Origin: the human T2T-CHM13v2.0 reference genome, Homo sapiens | Length of the DNA stretch: 64,000 nucleotides | Strand: one strand, 5' to 3' | NCBI RefSeq assembly: GCF_009914755.1 | Contig: NC_060926.1 | Part shown: piece by piece, positions 50,594-64,000 of the stretch | How the letters are laid out: every line of letters starts with the position of its first letter | Numbering within the stretch: position 1 is the first letter of the stretch | The notes under the pieces: generated by a model | Databases searched by the model: none | What the model was told of the DNA's origin: nothing | What the model saw: only the letters and a program-made list of their open reading frames with translations | Translations under genes and position numbers: made by a program

Positions 50594-51169
50594 GATAGTA
50601 CAATTTTAATATTTCAAATATTTCCTGATTTTAAAATGTTCATAAGAAGTATGGGAAAGACTTGAGAAAACAACATGCATTTTTTATTGCATAGGCCAAC
50701 CAATTTTTAAAATGTTCAAAGTCCCACAGGGTGGCAAAAGAAATTCTGTTACCTATATCATTAATTCAAAATCACTATCATGGGAAGCATTTCAATTTGT
50801 GATTGCATTCATTAGCAAATAACAGGAAATATGACAGATATTTTTCATGTACCAAGAAGTCTGAAGATAGGCCATGACATCAGCTGGGCGCCTTCCATCT
50901 TTCTGTGCCTTTCCCTTTGTATATGGTTTTTGCCCTCATGTTGTCATTTTGTGGTCACAAGATGGCTGCTCCACCTCCAGCATTGTATTTGAATTCCAAG
51001 CAAGAAGAAAATCAAAAGGTCAGAAAGCAGTGAGCCAAGATCATGCCACTGCACTCCAGCCTGGGCGACAGAGCGAGACCCTGTCTCAAAAGAAAAGAAA
51101 AGAAAAAAGGGCAGAAGGCATGTGCCAGCTAAAACATGGAAAGAGATCTATCAGACATCTCCATTCAGT

Positions 51170-52408
<1,239 letters not shown>

Positions 52409-53189
52409 GGCTCAAGAACCCTACTAAGAAGCAATCTTAGCCAGGAGTGGTGGCTCATGCCTTTAATCCCAACACTTTGAGAGGCCGAGGTGGAAGTTTC
52501 ACTTGAGGCCAAGAGTTCAAGACCAACCGGGCAACATGGTGAGACCCACCACCCCCCCCCCTAAAAAAATGAAAATAAAGTTAGCCGGGCATGGTAGTGT
52601 GTGCCTACAGTCCCAGCTACTACAGGTACTGGGGCAGTAGGATTGGTTGCGCCCAGGAGTCTCTCTCAAGTCAGAATCAGAACTGGCCAGAGATACCCAC
52701 CCCTTTCTCCTGAGCCACACCCTGAATTCATTTTCTTCCTCAATGAAGGCCATTTTCAGGCATCTCACATCAGCCAGGAGAGGGCCTTGGGAGGAAGCAA
52801 AGGGAAATTGAGTTTTAAATCATCTTACTTCTGCCACTGAAAACTAAAATCCCTGGTCCCACTGTCTTCCTAAGAACTCCTCTTTTTGTCATTGACCTAT
52901 ATTAGCAGTCTTTCTACCGAGGCATAAGAAAGGGTTTACCCAGCAAGGCCAATATACTTTCCTAAATGTGTCCTGTAAACTGTGATGAGCTTAAAAACTC
53001 TGATTCTTTGATGTAATAAATTGAGGAGATGCTACTATGCATCTCCTGGAAGATGCATAGTAGCATCTTCAAGGCTTTGAGAGGTCCAGATTTAATTCAG
53101 CATTTCCCAATCTAATTTGACCACAGAATCCCTTTTACCTCAGAATACATTTTGAAAATTTTTGCCCTAAATAGATGAACACACATTTA

Positions 53190-57583
<4,394 letters not shown>

Positions 57584-58589
57584 TGAGACCTTTTCATTTT
57601 ATTTAAGTGTAATGTGGATAATTGTCTCCTGGTAATTAGAAAACATCAAACTCATGGGGATTTTTTAAAAATGTTCTCAAAAAATTGACATGGTTACTTG
57701 GTTTGCCATATATCTATATGTTTTTTCTATGTCCGCTCTCGCAACCCCTTCCCAGCTACATGGACAGAGGTTACAGAGAAGTCAGTGCAGAAGAATGGTG
57801 AGCTTGGGCATCCCTTCAATGGGCTCTAAAAACTAAGCAGTTTGCAAGGGAAATACAAAAAAATGGTATGGTATCTGAAGGCAGCAGTCTGGAGGCCATT
57901 GTCAGCCTGGTTCTATGAGAGACTTCACAGTGAGTTTGCAAAGAAAGTTGAAGACAGATTGGGAGGACTATTCCATCAAACTTAAGCATTAGTTACAAAA
58001 GTAACTATGCCTATATGAATATAGCTCTAAAAACTTAGTAAGGTTATTTTATGTTTTGCTTTGCTTAAACTTACTTTCATAGTCTTTTTCAAAGTAATGA
58101 GCATATAGCTAGAAGCTACATTTCACGTAAGTCATAATTTGGGCCTTTAGTTGGACTGGAAAAACGAAATGTTTCTTTCCTCCTGGAAGCAGGAGAACCC
58201 TAAGTGTGGGGAAAGTACAAAGAAAAAAAATACTCAGTAGCAAACTTTGAAATCTAAACTTTTGTAAAGTAATAATATTATTGCAACAGTGTTATGTTTT
58301 GTGTTATGGTCTAATGGTGGTGAAAAAAATAAGGAAAATATATGATAAACTTCTAGGTTTTTAGAAAAGCGCTCATACATTAAATTTTCTTATACTTGAC
58401 AGATAATCTCTGAATATGAAAAGATTTCTTATTTAAAAATGAGAGAGAAAAAAGCATTTGAGGAAAAGGAAACTGGTTAAATAATATTTTCTTTTATATA
58501 GCTTTTTACAAAAAAACCCGAAAATACCCCCCAAAAGATAACAGTACAGAACTATAGGCACAAATATAAAACATTCAATAGTATTCAAT

Positions 58590-59120
58590 GTGATGTTTTC
58601 AAAGTGTTATCAAGGGACTACCTGCATCAGAATCACTTGGAGCATCAGGTCAGGCACAGTGGCTCACGCCTGCAATCCCAGCACTATGAGAGGCGGAGGT
58701 GGGCAGATCACTTGAGGTCAGGAGTTCGAGACCAGCCTGGCCAACATGGTGAAACCCTGTATCTACTAAAAGTACAAAAATTAGCTGGGCGTGGTGGTGC
58801 ACGTTTGTAATCTCAGCTATTCAGGAGGCCGAGGCAAGAGAATGGCTTGAACCCGGGAGGCAGAAGTTGTAGGGAGCCAAGATCATACCACTGCACTCCA
58901 GCTGGGGTGACAGAGTGAGACTGTCTCAAAAACAAAACAAAACCAAACAAACAAAAAACAATAAAGAATCACTTGGAGGACTTGCTAAAATGCAGATGCT
59001 TGGGCTCTACTCCAAACTTCTAAAATTAAAATGTGGGGTAACTAGGGGTTCCAGAATCTGCATTTTTGGCTAGTACCCTTATATGATTCTTATAAGAACA
59101 CTAAATTATGAAACAACTGC
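58590..59120. mobile_element. MER5-type element split by an Alu (58649-58963)
   Basis: CTGCATCAGAATCAC..TAAAATGCAGAT..AGAATCTGCATTTT. TSD AGAATCACTTGGAG. Confidence 0.85.
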
Positions 59121-60384
59121 ACCAGACAAAGTTTCCTGTGGATAGACATGATGTGTCCATTTTTGTATCCTCAGTACCTACCCTGGTTTCTGGCCTAGAG
59201 TAGATGGTCAATAAATGTTTACATGAACAACTTGCATAGGGGAGATGGTCTTTCTCCTCTTAATCATAGTTTAAATCCAAGCATTTACTAAGGAAAGTAT
59301 CATCTACGTTCTATAGTTACCAGAGGTAAGCAAGAACAGAGAAAAAAAATGATAACGGTAAAGAAACATGGGCTGGCCAGCTGGAAATACATTATAAATG
59401 TATTTGACATGCATATTTAATGTGTGATATAAATGTGTAAGCGCATTTAATATTCTATAAATGTGTCAGCGCAATTAATTATAGCATGAAGCTTTTCTGC
59501 TCAGAGGCATCATTTAAGAAACAGCAGTGGTTCAACATGGCCACTATATCTCAATTGGAAAAATAATGTAAAATATTTGCGTCTTATGGATGAGTAGAAT
59601 AATTTTCAATAGAAATATTAGCCCATTCAAAACTGCAAGGAAAAAAATCCAGGAATGAATGTGACAAAGTAGAGGATTGGAGTGGATTTGGATAGATGTA
59701 TAAAAGAGCCATTAAAACTATTCAATTAGCAGGTTGTAAGAGCAGCTGGGACTAGATAGAGTTGGTGGTTGGGTTGGCAGTGATGAGAGTGGGAAGTTAG
59801 ACAAGCATCCAAAGATGTGTTAGAAAAGAGGCCTGATTGACTAAAGGATGGAGATGAGGAATAATTATAAACGGCCTTTAAACTCTGCATGGTGAGGAAA
59901 TTCTGACTCTGATAAATTTATCCTCCAATCTAGAAAAGCAAATGTTTGCTTGTTTTAGTTCTTTACTGATGATTATTTAAGACCTTTCCTATCTATTTAC
60001 CTGTTGATCAATTTTAAAGTAAGTTTTATTTCCCATATAAGTACTTTATTTAATAGATTCAAATGAACAAAGCATGACTTTGACATCACCAGAATCACAT
60101 TTTTGGTAATATATAACATGAATTATTAAAAGTAAAACTCAAGTCCTGTCCATCCAATAAGTTTCTAATGAAAGAACCATGTACCCAAAATTTGTTTTTC
60201 AAAAAAGGGAAAGGATTGTTTTCCAAAGAGCCATCTGTAACTAAGTTGTTTGCAGCTTGGAAGTAATTTATTTTAAAAGTAGTGTTATATTAGGAATGTG
60301 CATGTGTATCTGCCAGATCAGTTTTCTAGGCTAGCCCATAAAATCATGCCAAGGTCATTCTGAACTCAAAACTCCCCAAGAGCA

Positions 60385-62372
<1,988 letters not shown>

Positions 62373-63045
62373 TAAGTTCATCACAAAAGTTTTTACATTC
62401 ATAGAGTATGTTTGAGATTAATTTTAAATTCATTTTATCAATGCTTGTTAATTACTATTGAAATGCCATCTCATTATTTACAGATTTACACTTAATATTT
62501 TGTCACCAATCGTTATGAAGCATCTTTGAAATTACTAGAGAGCTGCCATTTATTAAGAGCCATACTATCAACATGAACCCTGCCTGACCTCACTTCAGAG
62601 CATTTTTGAGGACAGCTGTGTCATGTATCCAGCCACTCAACTAGGAAATCCCATTCATGACACATTTGATAGGTGATCATCCAGCCTCAATTGGCAAGAA
62701 GCTCACTACTATTTAGGTTTTCATTTACTGGCTCTATAGACTGCTCTAACCATTGAGAATTTTCCTCATATTGTGCTGAAAGCTGCTTCTAAGGAACTGT
62801 TCCACCTGGTTCCCATCTAATGCTCTGGTACAACTCTGAAGAAATCTCAGGGATTCTTTCACTTAAAGTTTTCTGTTCCTTAAAGGGAGCTGTTCCATCA
62901 CCCTGAAGTCATATCTCTTCACGCACGGTCTCTGCAGGTCTTTACTACAGCTCGATGTGACCAACTGGAGAGGGCAGTGAGAACCTCAGCTCTGTGGGTC
63001 TAGACACCACTATGACTATGAACTTAGCCTAAGACCATTTATCAG

Positions 63046-63050
63046 CTATC

Positions 63051-63093
<43 letters not shown>

Positions 63094-63126
63094 ATCAATC
63101 ATATCTATTATCTATCTATCTATCTA
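63046..63126. repeat. (CTAT)n / GATA tetranucleotide STR
   Basis: About 11 perfect units plus a degenerate extension. Confidence 0.95.
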
Positions 63127-63231
63127 GGCAATTTGCCTTGCACAGGGAAGAGGGGCTCATGTAGAAACGAGTTGGGGACTGTTACTGGATTTTGTTAATG
63201 TTTATTGAGTTCTTACTATGCCTAAAACACA

Positions 63232-63951
<720 letters not shown>

Positions 63952-64000
63952 TTAACAATATTTTAAGTTATTTCAAATCTTAATTCTGGCACATATAAAT

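Overview
Human/primate genomic DNA that is AT-rich, CpG-depleted and Alu-dense. A CpG island at about 20.85-22.46 kb holds the first coding exon of TLK1 (tousled-like kinase 1) on the minus strand (CDS 21541->21403, MSVQSSSGSLEGPPSWSQLST...RPRE-G, followed by a GTAAGC donor). Bases 1-21402 are TLK1 intron 1, filled with L1, Alu, MIR and DNA-transposon fossils plus a U13 snoRNA retrocopy. The TLK1 leader has a uORF in better Kozak context than the main AUG, and its stop overlaps that AUG (TGATG). The most unexpected signal is upstream (28.4-63 kb): non-repeat islands between the transposons read, on the minus strand, as splice-site-flanked, frameshifted remnants of kringle, EGF, SEA-like and Ser/Thr-rich exons. 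These suggest a long-dead, unprocessed (possibly unitary) pseudogene of a multidomain extracellular protein. This was inferred by hand translation and needs alignment to confirm. Repeat family names and most repeat boundaries are from recognition by eye and are approximate.
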